Program-made: the position numbers and the translations under genes | Notes under the pieces: generated by a model | Told to the model about the DNA's origin: nothing | Seen by the model: only the letters and a program-made list of their open reading frames with translations | Database searches by the model: none | In this document: piece by piece, positions 27,023 to 39,690 of the stretch | How positions within the stretch are numbered: position 1 is the stretch's first letter | Layout: every line of letters begins with the position of its first letter | Source of the DNA: Octopus bimaculoides | Lineage: Eukaryota | Assembly: GCF_001194135.2 (NCBI RefSeq) | Contig: NC_068992.1 | Span: 12,367,047 to 12,431,046, forward strand | Length of the DNA stretch: 64,000 nucleotides | Direction of reading: 5' to 3'

Positions 27023-28884
27023 CACATCCGCATACGCACATACGCTTACGTGCGCGTGCGCACAGAGACACGAACACATACATACACGCGCACGCACACA
27101 AACACACGCACACACACACACACTCATACGCACATGTATGCATAGACGCATTTTTAAGTTGTTCTGTCATAAATAATAAAACTCATAAACACATGCACAT
27201 ATAGACACGTACCCGTGCATGTGTGTACGTGTGCGTGTATGTGTGCGTGAGTGTGCGTGTGTGTGCGGTCGTGTGTGTGCATGTGTGTGTGTGCGTGAAT
27301 GCTTGTTTATGTATCCTTAATCACATATATACATTAGACGTGTATTTAAATCATTGTGCTTGTTCCCGAAATTAAAAGCATGTCTGCTCGCTCAATGTGG
27401 TATATTGATATACGATATGATAGCTGATACTTTGTGCGTAATGGTCAAATTATTCAGATATATGAATGAATAATACATTTGATATAATTTCCCATACACA
27501 CGTATGTAGCTTTATGATTCTCTACAACGGAGTACAATGAATGCCAATCGAGACGGTATTTACAATAACCGGAGATACTTAAGCAGAGGCGGAATAATTC
27601 TGATTACTAGAACTCTTCTGTAGGTGTAGATGAACTCTGATTATGAGCGTGTTTATTGTATACATTTGCGTAAAGTTATCTACATATGTATGAGTATGTA
27701 TGAGTGCTTGATAGTGTCGGTGTACGTAGGCATGTTTATCTCTGGGTAGGTGAAGGTAGATTTTAGTGAGAATACAGAATAAAATTTCAAACGTTTCGAG
27801 AAATTAAATTTCAGCTCCAACAGTTTGAGGTTAATACAGTCGACAACTTTCCAACACACGTTAGTACGAAACCATAGCACACGGCTTTACTGTATTGAAT
27901 TAGACCATGCCAAAGTCAGAAACATTAGAAGAAGAGGGAATCCACCGAAATTGTAATATAACAGTAACGTTGAATACACTGTATATTTCAACTTGTAGTC
28001 GAAGAAAAGACAGAGTATGAAAACTGAAGCTTTCAGAAAACAGTAAAAGGAGGATGCTAATTCTGGAAAAATTTCAAAGAAATGTGTAAACTTGCTGCAT
28101 ATCATTGTGGAATATGATGGTGAGAAACGTAAAGAATTTATCATAAATTCTGCAGTAAAATTTTCCCAAGAAATTTAAGTATTAAGTTTGAAACTATTCA
28201 ACCAGATGACTGATTTGAACGTCATGATTATAAACATGAAGCGCGTTAAGCATTTACATGGCACATGCATTTGTCAGCTGAATATTATTGCAGAAGTTTA
28301 ACGTTCATGTTCAGGATATCACCAAAAGAAATTGCGGTCACGTATCTTCAATGCATCAACAGAATGCCGCTGGTGAACAGCATTTCCAGCATTATAATAA
28401 ATAGCCACGACAACGACGGCGATGACGCTGTTTGTGATAAGTCTCACCAGGGTAATTTCGTAGGTTGAGTAACGCATACATGGTTATATAAAAGTTTGTG
28501 AAAACGTGGAGATGTAAAGAAATAAATTGACAAAATAAATAATGTATATGTACAAAAATTCATAGATATGGACATAGCAAGATGTTGCCCATAGAGTGTT
28601 GAAAATTATCCATGTAGGATGGATATGGGCACTATGTGTATTTCTGCTGATGTAAACCTCCAGAAGATGATGTAGCACCTTTGAAGATATTTGCGTTGGA
28701 ATGTCTAAAAAGCCTTGAATTTGCAATGAGAATGCTTATTTTTCAGTATTTGACAATGTTTTTTCAAAAGTAACCTATCGCTAGATGTATTTTGCAATCG
28801 CATATGCCCTACCTTCCATAGAGTACGACAGCATGATTTTCATATGTCTGTGTATGTGCCTGTGTGCGCGTGTGTACATGAAAT

Positions 28885-29170
28885 AATATCACGAGATCTC
28901 GTGATCGACCAGACTACTGAATTTTATACAGCGTTTGTCAAAACGTGCTTTTGCATCGGCTTCATCTTTCGAAAGATGCGACCCCATTGACCAGGTGAGC
29001 AGGCCAACATTCCTCTTCGTCAGAAGGTTAGTCCGTACCAGTGTTACTCATTTACAGAAGAGTGAACTGGAGCAACGTGAAATTAAGTGTTTTGCTCAAG
29101 AACATAACCCACCTTTGCCTCCGGGATGGAACGCATCATCCAGCGATGGTGAGTTCAGCACCATAAGCAC
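28885..29170 (-). mobile_element. tRNA-derived SINE with CORE-like segment
   Basis: gagtgaactggagcaacgtgaaattaagtgttttgctcaagaaca; the reverse complement resembles the CORE-like gtgttcttgagcaagacactt...ttgctccag segment. Confidence 0.7.
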
Positions 29171-31230
29171 TAAGACACGAGCATACATGCGCACACGCAC
29201 CCACACATATACACGCACACTAACGCACGCACGCACACACATATATATAATCAAATCAGTGTGAGTATGCGTCTGTGTGCGTATGTGTATCTCTATTCAA
29301 GATATACTAGACTGGAATAAAAGTAAGGGTCACACAGTATTTTATACCATTATGTTAAATGAAGTATTCACTATTCCACTGATCATCGCGAATGAGAACC
29401 ATCGAAAACAGTTTTATCAAGCTAAAACTTTGTTCATACCTGCATACACACACGAACACACACGCACACGAACACACACGCACACGAACACACACACACA
29501 AACACATCTTGGTATGTGTATGTGCGTATACATGTGTATGTGCGTATACATGTGTATACGGGAGCAATTATATATCTATGCATGTATGTGTGTATACTCT
29601 AACGCCTAAAGAATATATATACAATATATGTGTGCATTTGTGTGTGTGTATATATATATATATATNNNNNNNNNNNNNNNNNNNNNNNNNNNNNNNNNNN
29701 NNNNNNNNNNNNNNNNNNNNNNNNNNNNNNNNNNNNNNNNNNNNNNNNNNNNNNNNNNNNNNNNNNNNNNNNNNNNNNNNNNNNNNNNNNNNNNNNNNNN
29801 NNNNNNNNNNNNNNNNNNNNNNNNNNNNNNNNNNNNNNNNNNNNNNNNNNNNNNNNNNNNNNNNNNNNNNNNNNNNNNNNNNNNNNNNNNNNNNNNNNNN
29901 NNNNNNNNNNNNNNNNNNNNNNNNNNNNNNNNNNNNNNNNNNNNNNNNNNNNNNNNNNNNNNNNNNNNNNNNNNNNNNNNNNNNNNNNNNNNNNNNNNNN
30001 NNNNNNNNNNNNNNNNNNNNNNNNNNNNNNNNNNNNNNNNNNNNNNNNNNNNNNNNNNNNNNNNNNNNNNNNNNNNNNNNNNNNNNNNNNNNNNNNNNNN
30101 NNNNNNNNNNNNNNNNNNNNNNNNNNNNNNNNNNNNNNNNNNNNNNNNNNNNNNNNNNNNNNNNNNNNNNNNNNNNNNNNNNNNNNNNNNNNNNNNNNNN
30201 NNNNNACTTGAGGACAAATTGAGAGAGTTAATTTTGATTTAAATCCTGTAACACACATGCACACGCGCGCAAACACACGCATATATATTCATATAGTTTG
30301 TGTGTGTGTTTGTGTGTATGTGAGTGTTTTGAAGCATATATAACTGCATTCATATGCATATACGTAGATACATTTATATTTATACAGAGAGAGAAATAAA
30401 CATATAGATAGATAATTCACACTCAGACACGTGTGAAAGAGAGAGAGAGAGGGAGAAAGAAACAAAAGGAGAAACAGGTACACACACACACACATATATA
30501 TAGATAGATAGCTATTTCACTCTCTCTCTCTTTCTCTCACTCTCTCTATGTTTCACTCTCACACACACAGACATTGGTTGAGTGTGTGTGTTTGTACGTG
30601 TGCGCATATGCGAGCTTGCTTGTATGGCCTCAATGCTATCTAAGTGATACCTGATAATTTTTAGTTTTTGTCTACTCTTAGGACCACGAGTTTTGATCTG
30701 TTTGGCGGTATTAATTCCACTTAATTTCCTGCTTCAATGGTCATTCTGAGATAAGTTACCAACATCAAATGGAGTATTCCTAACAAAGCCATTTCTTACT
30801 CACCGGGCGCTTGATACTCGCAACACTCTCTCCACCAGAGATGTAAACATCCACCAAGAAGATGCCGTATCTACCAGCTGGAAGAATGACCCCTCTTATT
30901 GACACCAGCAGCAGTATACCCTGACAAAGAACTTCAATAGTTTAGTAGCTGAGAACCAAGTCGAAGCGGACGCTCATATATATAAACAGTACAGCCCTTA
31001 TAATACAGTCCACCCATGCCGGGTATGCAACTTCAACTATAACCCAATACCATTAGGTTTTGTTATCTCTACGTATAAATTACTACGGCGCCCACGGAAC
31101 GTAGAGACCCATGATTCTGTGTCCAACTATTATTAAATACATCTAAAGCCACCCGAATACATTGTTTCTTTTGCCTACAGACAAAAACACACACATACAT
31201 ACATACGTACATACATACATACATACATAC

Positions 31231-31436
31231 ATTGGTTTCAAATTCTAACAAAAGCCCACCAGTTTCTTGGGGAAGGGGTAAGCCTATTGCAACTGATACT
31301 TATATTATCGCCCCCCCCCCGAAAGGATGAAAGGCAACGTCGGCCTCGCTGGAATTTGAACTCAGAATGTAAAGACGGACAAAATGCCGCTAAGAATTAT
31401 ACCCGACGTGCTAACCACTCTACCATTACGCTGCCT
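31231..31436 (-). mobile_element. Meta/MESC-like SINE
   Basis: cgaaaggatgaaaggcaacgtcggcctcgctggaatttgaactcagaatg is the reverse complement of the family core and B-box. Confidence 0.85.
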
Positions 31437-32659
31437 TCATGTATGCGTGTTTGTGTGTGCGCACGAGCTTGTGTTTGTCTCTCAATATATGTACATGTAC
31501 ATATAAATATATTTCTGTGTGTGTATCTATGTGTCTATCTTCGTGTAGGTGTGGAGTGAGACGTGTGCGTGTTTGTGTTACCTGCATCTATTGCAATTTC
31601 TATGTAAATATGTGTCGTATGAGCCGTAAATTAGAACACACGTGTTAGCGCAACCAATATTTTTAGTATATCGTCCGTTGTAGAAATTGCTTACGATTGC
31701 ATTTACTTCATTGTCCGTTCCACTCCATCAATGTGAAAAGTTGGCGAAATAATAAAATAGTGGTTCTTTAAGAAAACTCCCTAATAACAAACATATTTAG
31801 ATCATCGAATCAGCTTCCCCTGGTATTCTTAATTATCCATAAAGGTGTAAACCGTAATAATACAAGAAACGGAAGGAGAAGGAAGTAACACAATGTAAAA
31901 AGAATGGTAAAAATATAATAACGTCTATGATAAACATAGCTTAGCTTCTTATATCGGTTGTAAGTTTACTCATCTTTCGCTGGATGGCAACATATGCTGA
32001 TGCGTAAAACTGCATTCGCCAACTATGGTAAAATGCTAGATAGCATAACGAAATCTGGCATTAAAAGGAAATACTTTCAAACGAATGAAGCATGATGTTT
32101 ACCATTCTGCCTGAAGGCGGTAAAGAAAGCAAAGAGAGATAGAGACAGAGAGAGGTTGGGAGGATGAAAAAATAAAACAAATAAGTCGAAATATAACAAC
32201 TGTTTTTTTTCCCTCGTTTATCTATACAATATTTTCGTTTGTTTCGTAATGTTATGCAATGTTCTGCTGTGTTTTGGCTTACCATAAAATTTTTACTTTC
32301 ACACAAGAGAAGTTGGCAGAAAGGTTAGAGCTTTAGATACACTATCTATCGCTTATTTTGTACATTCTATCTATATTTTCGGGATCAAAACAAACCTAGA
32401 TTGATTGCAGCTGTTACTATTATTATCACTATGAGAGAAAAAGTTTCAAAAACAAATCTAACGAAGATTCCTATTTCAGTTATTAATAGTTAATAAATTG
32501 TTATATCATATCTTTAAAGTTTTCTTATATATTTTCACGTTATATCTTTAAACTTTACATATTATATATATTAAACTTTTGAATGCCCACTCCCTACTGA
32601 AACACGTACAAATAATATATTCTTTTGGATATTTGTGTATATATTTTGCTTTATAGTAT

Positions 32660-32840
32660 ATTCTGGCTAGCAATTTTAGGGAAGGTTTAATCGATTACAT
32701 CGATTTGTTTTAAACTGGTATTTATTTTATCGACCCCGAAAATATGAAAGGTAAAGTGACCCGCGCGTGGTGGAATTTTAACACGGAACCCAAAGCTAGA
32801 CGAAATACCACTAAGTATTTTACTCAGCATTTTATTCGCC
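32660..32840 (-). mobile_element. Meta/MESC-like SINE
   Basis: actggtatttattttatcgaccccgaaaatatgaaagg...gaattttaacac. Confidence 0.75.
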
Positions 32841-33219
32841 GCGATGTTTACTTGCATAAGAGTATGGGGTTTTTGAGTAATTTAGCGGTGAGACGTACAG
32901 TTCGAAAATGCAGGAGCAGTGCATATCCCTCCATGTTTTCTGAAGAATACTTTTTATGTACACAGATGAAATTACAAAAACTCAAATGACTCGCCAGAAA
33001 TATTGGGCAAAACCAAATGAACATCTTTGTAACATTTGAACAAGCACGATGTGAAAATTAAATTTGCAACTGTGAAAACCCATACTCTTAGAGTCTATAT
33101 ATTGTTGATAGTGAGTAAGAGCACTGACAAAGTTGGAAGAACACTGGGAATCAACGAAGATCAGATGAGCACCTTTTTTCATTAAACTTTATTCAGCTCA
33201 ACCGAAATCGTATACATAG

Positions 33220-33947
33220 GTCTCAGAAGTCCTTGGTCTAGCAGTACTTCTTGTTGGCGGTAGTGTTACGCTGTTCTTCAGTCACTACAGGCACGATAGC
33301 GCAGTAGAGAGTTTGACGTAAACGTTCTGTTAGCTGACTGTTGGAGTCCGGAAACTGCTGACTGGCAAAGTGATGTCCGATTACGCCTTTTGTGTAAATG
33401 ATACGTATGGTGAATGTCTGAGTGCATTTTGAGGATTAGTCTACCACCAGCAGTGTTTGATGACCGGTGGCAAATAGTATCTAGCATGGTGCCAAAGGTG
33501 AGGGAAATTGTATGGCAGACAGTCAGTGTTATGCTGGTACTCCTGGATATGTATGTATCTTTGTTTAGCACAAGATTGTGCTTCACCTTATTGACATAAC
33601 GTCTTGCATAAACCTTTCTGCGTAAACAGTCAGAGCTTTCTGGAATTTAGTCATGTAACATTCCGCAAAAAGTCAACCGGTGGTATATAAAGATAGTTAT
33701 TAATTTTATACCTAAAAAGACAGAATGTACATACTTTGTAGGAGCACGAACAAAGTACTGTACAGTAGTCAATGGTATGACAAAGTGTCTCTTAAAGAAA
33801 GAAGACATACTGATAGGCAACAGTTCAGGCATTCTGTTCGTGACCATTTACTTATTTTTACAATGTGTAAAGAAACGCCAAGACAATATAATCATTTTCT
33901 TCGTTTTTAAAAGAAGGAAAATTTGGCTTCCTTTTATCTATATGTAG
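33220..33947 (+). pseudogene. Possible disrupted Cys-rich secreted or membrane protein coding remnant
   Basis: Hydrophobic start VLGLAVLLVGGSVTLFF, Cys-rich pieces in different frames, and a 98-codon stop-free stretch at 33651-33944. No family recognised. Confidence 0.25.
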
Positions 33948-34374
33948 GGTACTCATGTCTGCATAAACGTGACTATTTTCACTGAAGACGGATATGATTT
34001 AACGGAATTCGATTTTAATATCTACCAAAAGCAGCGGCTATGTTGTTGGTCACCCACTGGGTATTTGATAAAAAGAGTATTTGTTCCTGTTCCTGCCAGC
34101 AGAAAGATAGCTACCCATATTTCATTAAGTGCCACTCTGTGATTCATAGGGGGAAGACCATAATTGACTCTTATCCTTATCAACTTATTAATATAACTTA
34201 GTATATTATAACTTAATAAAAGAAAATGAATATTTTAGAGCCGAGTAGATTTTTTGAAAATTTTAGGATATAAATTTTGAGTTCTTTCTAATGAATCTGA
34301 AATTAAAAGCTTTCAGATATGCGTGCATTGTATACTTCTATTTGTTTAATTGTGTGTATATGTGTGTAATCATT

Positions 34375-34434
<60 letters not shown>

Positions 34435-35258
34435 NNNNNNNNNNNNNNNNNNNNNNNNNNNNNNNNNNNNNNNNNNNNNNNNNNNNNNNNNNNNNNNNNN
34501 NNNNNNNNNNNNNNNNNNNNNNNNNNNNNNNNNNNNNNNNNNNNNNNNNNNNNNNNNNNNNNNNNNNNNNNNNNNNNNNNNNNNNNNNNNNNNNNNNNNN
34601 NNNNNNNNNNNNNNNNNNNNNNNNNNNNNNNNNNNNNNNNNNNNNNNNNNNNNNNNNNNNNNNNNNNNNNNNNNNNNNNNNNNNNNNNNNNNNNNNNNNN
34701 NNNNNNNNNNNNNNNNNNNNNNNNNNNNNNNNNNNNNNNNNNNNNNNNNNNNNNNNNNNNNNNNNNNNNNNNNNNNNNNNNNNNNNNNNNNNNNNNNNNN
34801 NNNNNNNNNNNNNNNNNNNNNNNNNNNNNNNNNNNNNNNNNNNNNNNNNNNNNNNNNNNNNNNNNNNNNNNNNNNNNNNNNNNNNNNNNNNNNNNNNNNN
34901 NNNNNNNNNNNNNNNNNNNNNNNNNNNNNNNNNNNNNNNNNNNNNNNNNNNNNNNNNNNNNNNNNNNNNNNNNNNNNNNNNNNNNNNNNNNNNNNNNNNN
35001 NNNNNNNNNNNNNNNNNNNNNNNNNNNNNNNNNNNNNNNNNNNNNNNNNNNNNNNNNNNNNNNNNNNNNNNNNNNNNNNNNNNNNNNNNNNNNNNNNNNN
35101 NNNNNNNNNNNNNNNNNNNNNNNNNNNNNNNNNNNNNNNNNNNNNNNNNNNNNNNNNNNNNNNNNNNNNNNNNNNNNNNNNNNNNNNNNNNNNNNNNNNN
35201 NNNNNNNNNNNNNNNNNNNNNNNNNNNNTCTAGTTCTGTGTGTGTGTATGAGTATTTA

Positions 35259-35303
<45 letters not shown>

Positions 35304-35358
35304 CAGAAATTTACCGTCACCCGATTCTGTTGGCTATTTTCTATACATCTATATCCAG

Positions 35359-35460
35359 ACGTGTGATATTGGCCTCTCCCACGTCATAAGAGAAGATAAT
35401 ATTACACGGCCTAATGCAGAGAGAATCACATGCAGAGGGGGTTATGAAATTCTGTACCAA
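35359..35460 (+). CDS. Candidate internal exon (102 nt, phase 0-0), product unknown
   Basis: ctatatccAG|...caa|GTAATT; only one frame is open: TCDIGLSHVIREDNITRPNAERITCRGGYEILYQ. Confidence 0.22.
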
Positions 35461-35999
35461 GTAATTTCTGCGTTCGAAAATTTATTTTCGCCAAGGGTAG
35501 TTTTCGATTCAAACCTCTTTTTTTTTTTTGTGAATATGGTATGGAAGAGTAAAAGAGCAAGGAAGGAAGAANNNNNNNNNNNNNNNNNNNNNNNNNNNNN
35601 NNNNNNNNNNNNNNNNNNNNNNNNNNNNNNNNNNNNNNNNNNNNNNNNNNNNNNNNNNNNNNNNNNNNNNNNNNNNNNNNNNNNNNNNNNNNNNNNNNGA
35701 AAATTTATTTTCGCCAAGGGTAGTTTTCGATTCAAACCTCTTTTTTTTTTGTGAATATGGTATGGAAGAGTAAAAGAGCAAGGAAGGAAGAAGTACTTCC
35801 GAATCAGTGAGGGAAACTCCACAATGATATAGGTAAATGAAAGAATTCTAAAGCAAAATTAGAGTGAAAGATGGTGGAGATAGAATTGGTAATTAGATAG
35901 ATACTGACGTGAAAACGAAATGAGAGTCATGGTATATGTCTACAACAAATTTATATATGAGTAAATAACTGGAACAATATATGCATTCAAAGTTGAAGA

Positions 36000-36147
36000 A
36001 ATACATCCTACGCAAAACACTTTCAATACAGTAACCATAAGAACATCACAGCAAACCACAGCACATACCCAAGGCACACAGAGCTGCGCTCGGTAGTGAA
36101 GTGAAAGCATGTTATAAAAATAAAACTACTGATCAATAATAATAATA
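36000..36147 (+). mobile_element. Extreme 3' end of an R4/Dong-like retrotransposon with an (AAT)n tail
   Basis: YILRKTLSIQ* (R4-clade C-terminus GTAHILRKxL), then a short 3' UTR (gcacacagagctgcgctcggtagtgaagtg...aaaataaaactactg) ending in caataataataat. Confidence 0.6.
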
Positions 36148-37544
36148 TAGTGTATTGGCCCAGATGGGTACCCTTATGTTTTGAAATCCATATTCGTAAA
36201 CCATTGTTCAATGGCTATGAACTTCTCATCAGCCGCAAATACGATTGACTGGAAAGGTACGTGATAAATAATTGTCTGCAAGTATGGATGTCGAAACCTA
36301 ACTTACACTATCTTAGTAACATTTATATCCCTAATAGAACTTGTTTACTATGTCAATAACATTCAATTCTATTGACTGTGTAGATCGCTCTTCCTTCAAT
36401 TCCTACATTCTGTAGAAACTTTCATCACTGCCTACATACCTACCTACACACACACACAACATACACACATACACATACATACACACACACACACATACAC
36501 ACACACACACNNNNNNNNNNNNNNNNNNNNNNNNNNNNNNNNNNNNNNNNNNNNNNNNNNNNNNNNNNNNNNNNNNNNNNNNNNNNNNNNNNNNNNNNNN
36601 NNNNNNNNNNNNNNNNNNNNNNNNNNNNNNNNNNNNNNNNNNNNNNNNNNNNNNNNNNNNNNNNNNNNNNNNNNNNNNNNNNNNNNNNNNNNNNNNNNNN
36701 NNNNNNNNNNNNNNNNNNNNNNNNNNNNNNNNNNNNNNNNNNNNNGAAGGAATATAAGCCATGAGATATGTGTGTTTGTGTCTGTGTGTGTGTGTGTGTG
36801 TGTGCGTGTGTGCGTATGTGTGTGTGTATGTGTGCGTGTGTCTGTGTGTGTGTGTGTGTGCGCGTGTGTGTGTGTGAGTACGTGTGTGTGTCTTCACGCA
36901 CATGCTGACACATTATGCACATTCTATACACACAAACTTATACAATTAATATCATCTTCCATTATCTTACAACAATAACCCACTCTGGAATCCTTTGCGT
37001 TGTATTACCCGAGAAAGTGAAATTATCTACTATTATACTCTGAATTTTACCTGAAGCCGATCGAGGGGTAGTTTTGATATTTTTTTTTTTACTATTGTAT
37101 TTTTTTACTATTGTATTTTTTACTATTGCATTATTGTTATATAATTTGTGTTCTGCTAATTCAAAATATTGAAATCATTATTGTAATGTTGGAGCGAACA
37201 CAATGTAGAAAATGCATTGTGGTCTCAGTAAACACGTTTTGGAATATGTTTAATCGGTTGTTTTGGGATTGAAGTGAATATGAGGGCATATATGCAAGGG
37301 AAAAGCATTTCATGAAGATCCTGGTACACGCATATACGTATTCGCAGAGAAGCACATAAATATACGTAAATACATTTATTCATAATAAATAAGTTCTTAC
37401 ATATATATGCAGAGAAGCGTACACGCGTACAGATAAGATGTATATATGTGTGCGCGCATGTGTGTGAATGTGTGTGTGTATGAGTATGTGTGTATGAAAA
37501 TATGGAAGAACTACAATTTATCGCATTCGTTTAAAAGATTACTT

Positions 37545-38620
37545 TATCTGTTACTGGGTTCAGTCAGGGGCAGAGCCCTTGCTAGAGCACCGCCTTTCAG
37601 TGAGTTTGTTTTTCTTTGTCGTATTGTTTTTGGTGGAGTAACGAGTTGAGCAGAGCTGCCCTTCCTTACGCCCCCTGCTGCATTATGGGTTAATCTGGTA
37701 CTTCAGACAAAACTTTGTCCACCCGGTCGTGGAAGATCTCCACAGCTACACCTCGCAAATCTCTGAGGTCGTCTGACAGAATGTTAAGCGGTTGTGGACC
37801 CTTAAGACCCAAGGTGGCAAAATATTGTTCTTATTCGAGTTGGAACAAACGGGATCTTTGGTGCTATGCAGTGCCATCCACTTCGGTGATTAGTTAGCTG
37901 TCAGTTATAAGGTTGGGAGCTAGATCTTTCAGGGTCAGCCATATGTATATCACTGCATATCTCTCACGCCTTCCCTCTAAGGGGTAGAGCATCTTTTCCC
38001 TTAAATTCTCCCAGTAGCACATCTGTTTCACCGAGTCAATCTTCTTTGTGCAGTGGCACTGGATTGCCTTAGGTTCCGCCAACAGGTTGATGCTCTGTCC
38101 ACGTTCAGCAGCATATTATTCTTTTCTGCCCATTGGACAACAACCAGTAGATTTGACTGAAGACATGTCCGGTCACCCAATTCATTGACGACATTTCGGT
38201 TCTTGGAACCCTCTGCAAAGATTCTTATATTGCTGTGCTTCATGATGTCAGTAATATCATTGATGTGATGAATAGAAATGGGTCCAACACAGTACCTTAT
38301 GGAACGCCACTGCTGACTTTGGCTGGGCTTGATTTTACTCCTTCGACTACAACGTGTTGGGTTCTGTCCATTAGGAAACACTTGCTACATTGTGGTAACT
38401 TTCCCGAGACATTAATGTTGGATAGCTTTTTCAAGAGAATCTTATGATCAACCCTGTCAAAGGCCTAGCTGAAATCAAAGCAGATGACATCGGTGTTGGA
38501 GCCCTCTCCCAAAGCTCTCAAAAGTTAATGCAGGGGCTGCGTTAGGTAGTTCCTTCAATTACGAAATCCATGTCGGTTGGGGATCAGCAGTCTGTAGTTT
38601 TCAACAAAGTGGGTTATTGG
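37545..38620 (-). mobile_element. 5'-truncated CR1-clade LINE (RT to 3' UTR)
   Basis: Minus strand: a frameshifted DFSKAFDRVDH/SGVPQGTVLGP region, HINDITDIMKHSNIRIFAEGSK, LQSNLLVVVQWAEKNNMLLN, YPLEGRRERYAVIYIW, and a VPD...SN-type terminus followed by the 3' UTR. Confidence 0.92.
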
Positions 38621-38669
38621 TGATATATATGGTAATAAAAAAGGGTGCTACAAGTGGCTCCAGCAAGCT

Positions 38670-38705
<36 letters not shown>

Positions 38706-39399
38706 TAACACTGACATTTATATATATGCACATAAGCATGACGCATACATATCTATATAAAGTGCATATGAACTCATGCGTAAAATTATTGTTCTTTGTT
38801 TCTCTTTATACTATTCACTACGTCGCTCAATAGAGTAAATAACTATGATTTTGAACTATTTTTGATTGAATATGGATACAGAAATAAAATGATGTATGTC
38901 TATGTTAGCATGTTTTGTCTGATGTGGCATGTGAGCCAAGTCTGAAAGGACTATACATGGAGTACAAATAAATTCTGTTTCCTGAGAAACTTGATCAACT
39001 TGGCGTTTTACCATGACATTCATTATAATCAGACAGACACCAAGTGATATATACGTTCACTCACAGCAACATAAGCACACACACACACGCGCGCGCGCAT
39101 CTACCAGAGGGAATAAGCTGCGTATAAATTGATGTTTAGTTGTAAATACTTACTACGTATCCAGTAGATTGGCGTTAAAGGGCTCTAATAGTTCGTGTTT
39201 ATTGTAGTTGTCTAAACCTTTAGTTAGGGGGGTTAATAATTTAAAATGGAGACAGTGGATCAAAGATTAATTTACAGGCAGGAGACATTTTCTTTACTAG
39301 GACTGTCTGACATATCTGAATAACATCAAGTGGATTACATTATACGTTTCAATTCTGTAATTTACGGATTCCTTAATACAAAGGGATAGACAGAGAGAC

Positions 39400-39623
39400 A
39401 CAGATGTATGTATTATGTATGTATGTATGCATGTATTATGTATGTATGTACGTACGTATGTATGTATGTATGTATGTAGGTAGGTATGTATGTATGTGTG
39501 TATGTATGTATGTAGGTAGGTAGGTAGGTATGTATGCATGTATGTATGAACGTATGGGTGTATATATACACCTACGTAAATAGATACTTAGAGATAGACA
39601 GATAGACAGACAGACAGACAGAC

Positions 39624-39686
<63 letters not shown>

Positions 39687-39690
39687 GACA
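39400..39690. repeat. (TATG)n/(TAGG)n/(GACA)n/(GATA)n compound microsatellite
   Basis: Directly visible. Confidence 0.95.

Noticed and set aside
28888-28905. Perfect 18-bp palindrome atcacgagatctcgtgat
   Set aside because: It lies at the end of a SINE copy and is best explained as part of that element.
35476-35793. ~95-bp duplication across a gap; similar cases near 6545-6676 and 63305-63577
   Set aside because: Gap-flanking and differing only in T-run length (12 vs 10); most likely an assembly or haplotype artefact.
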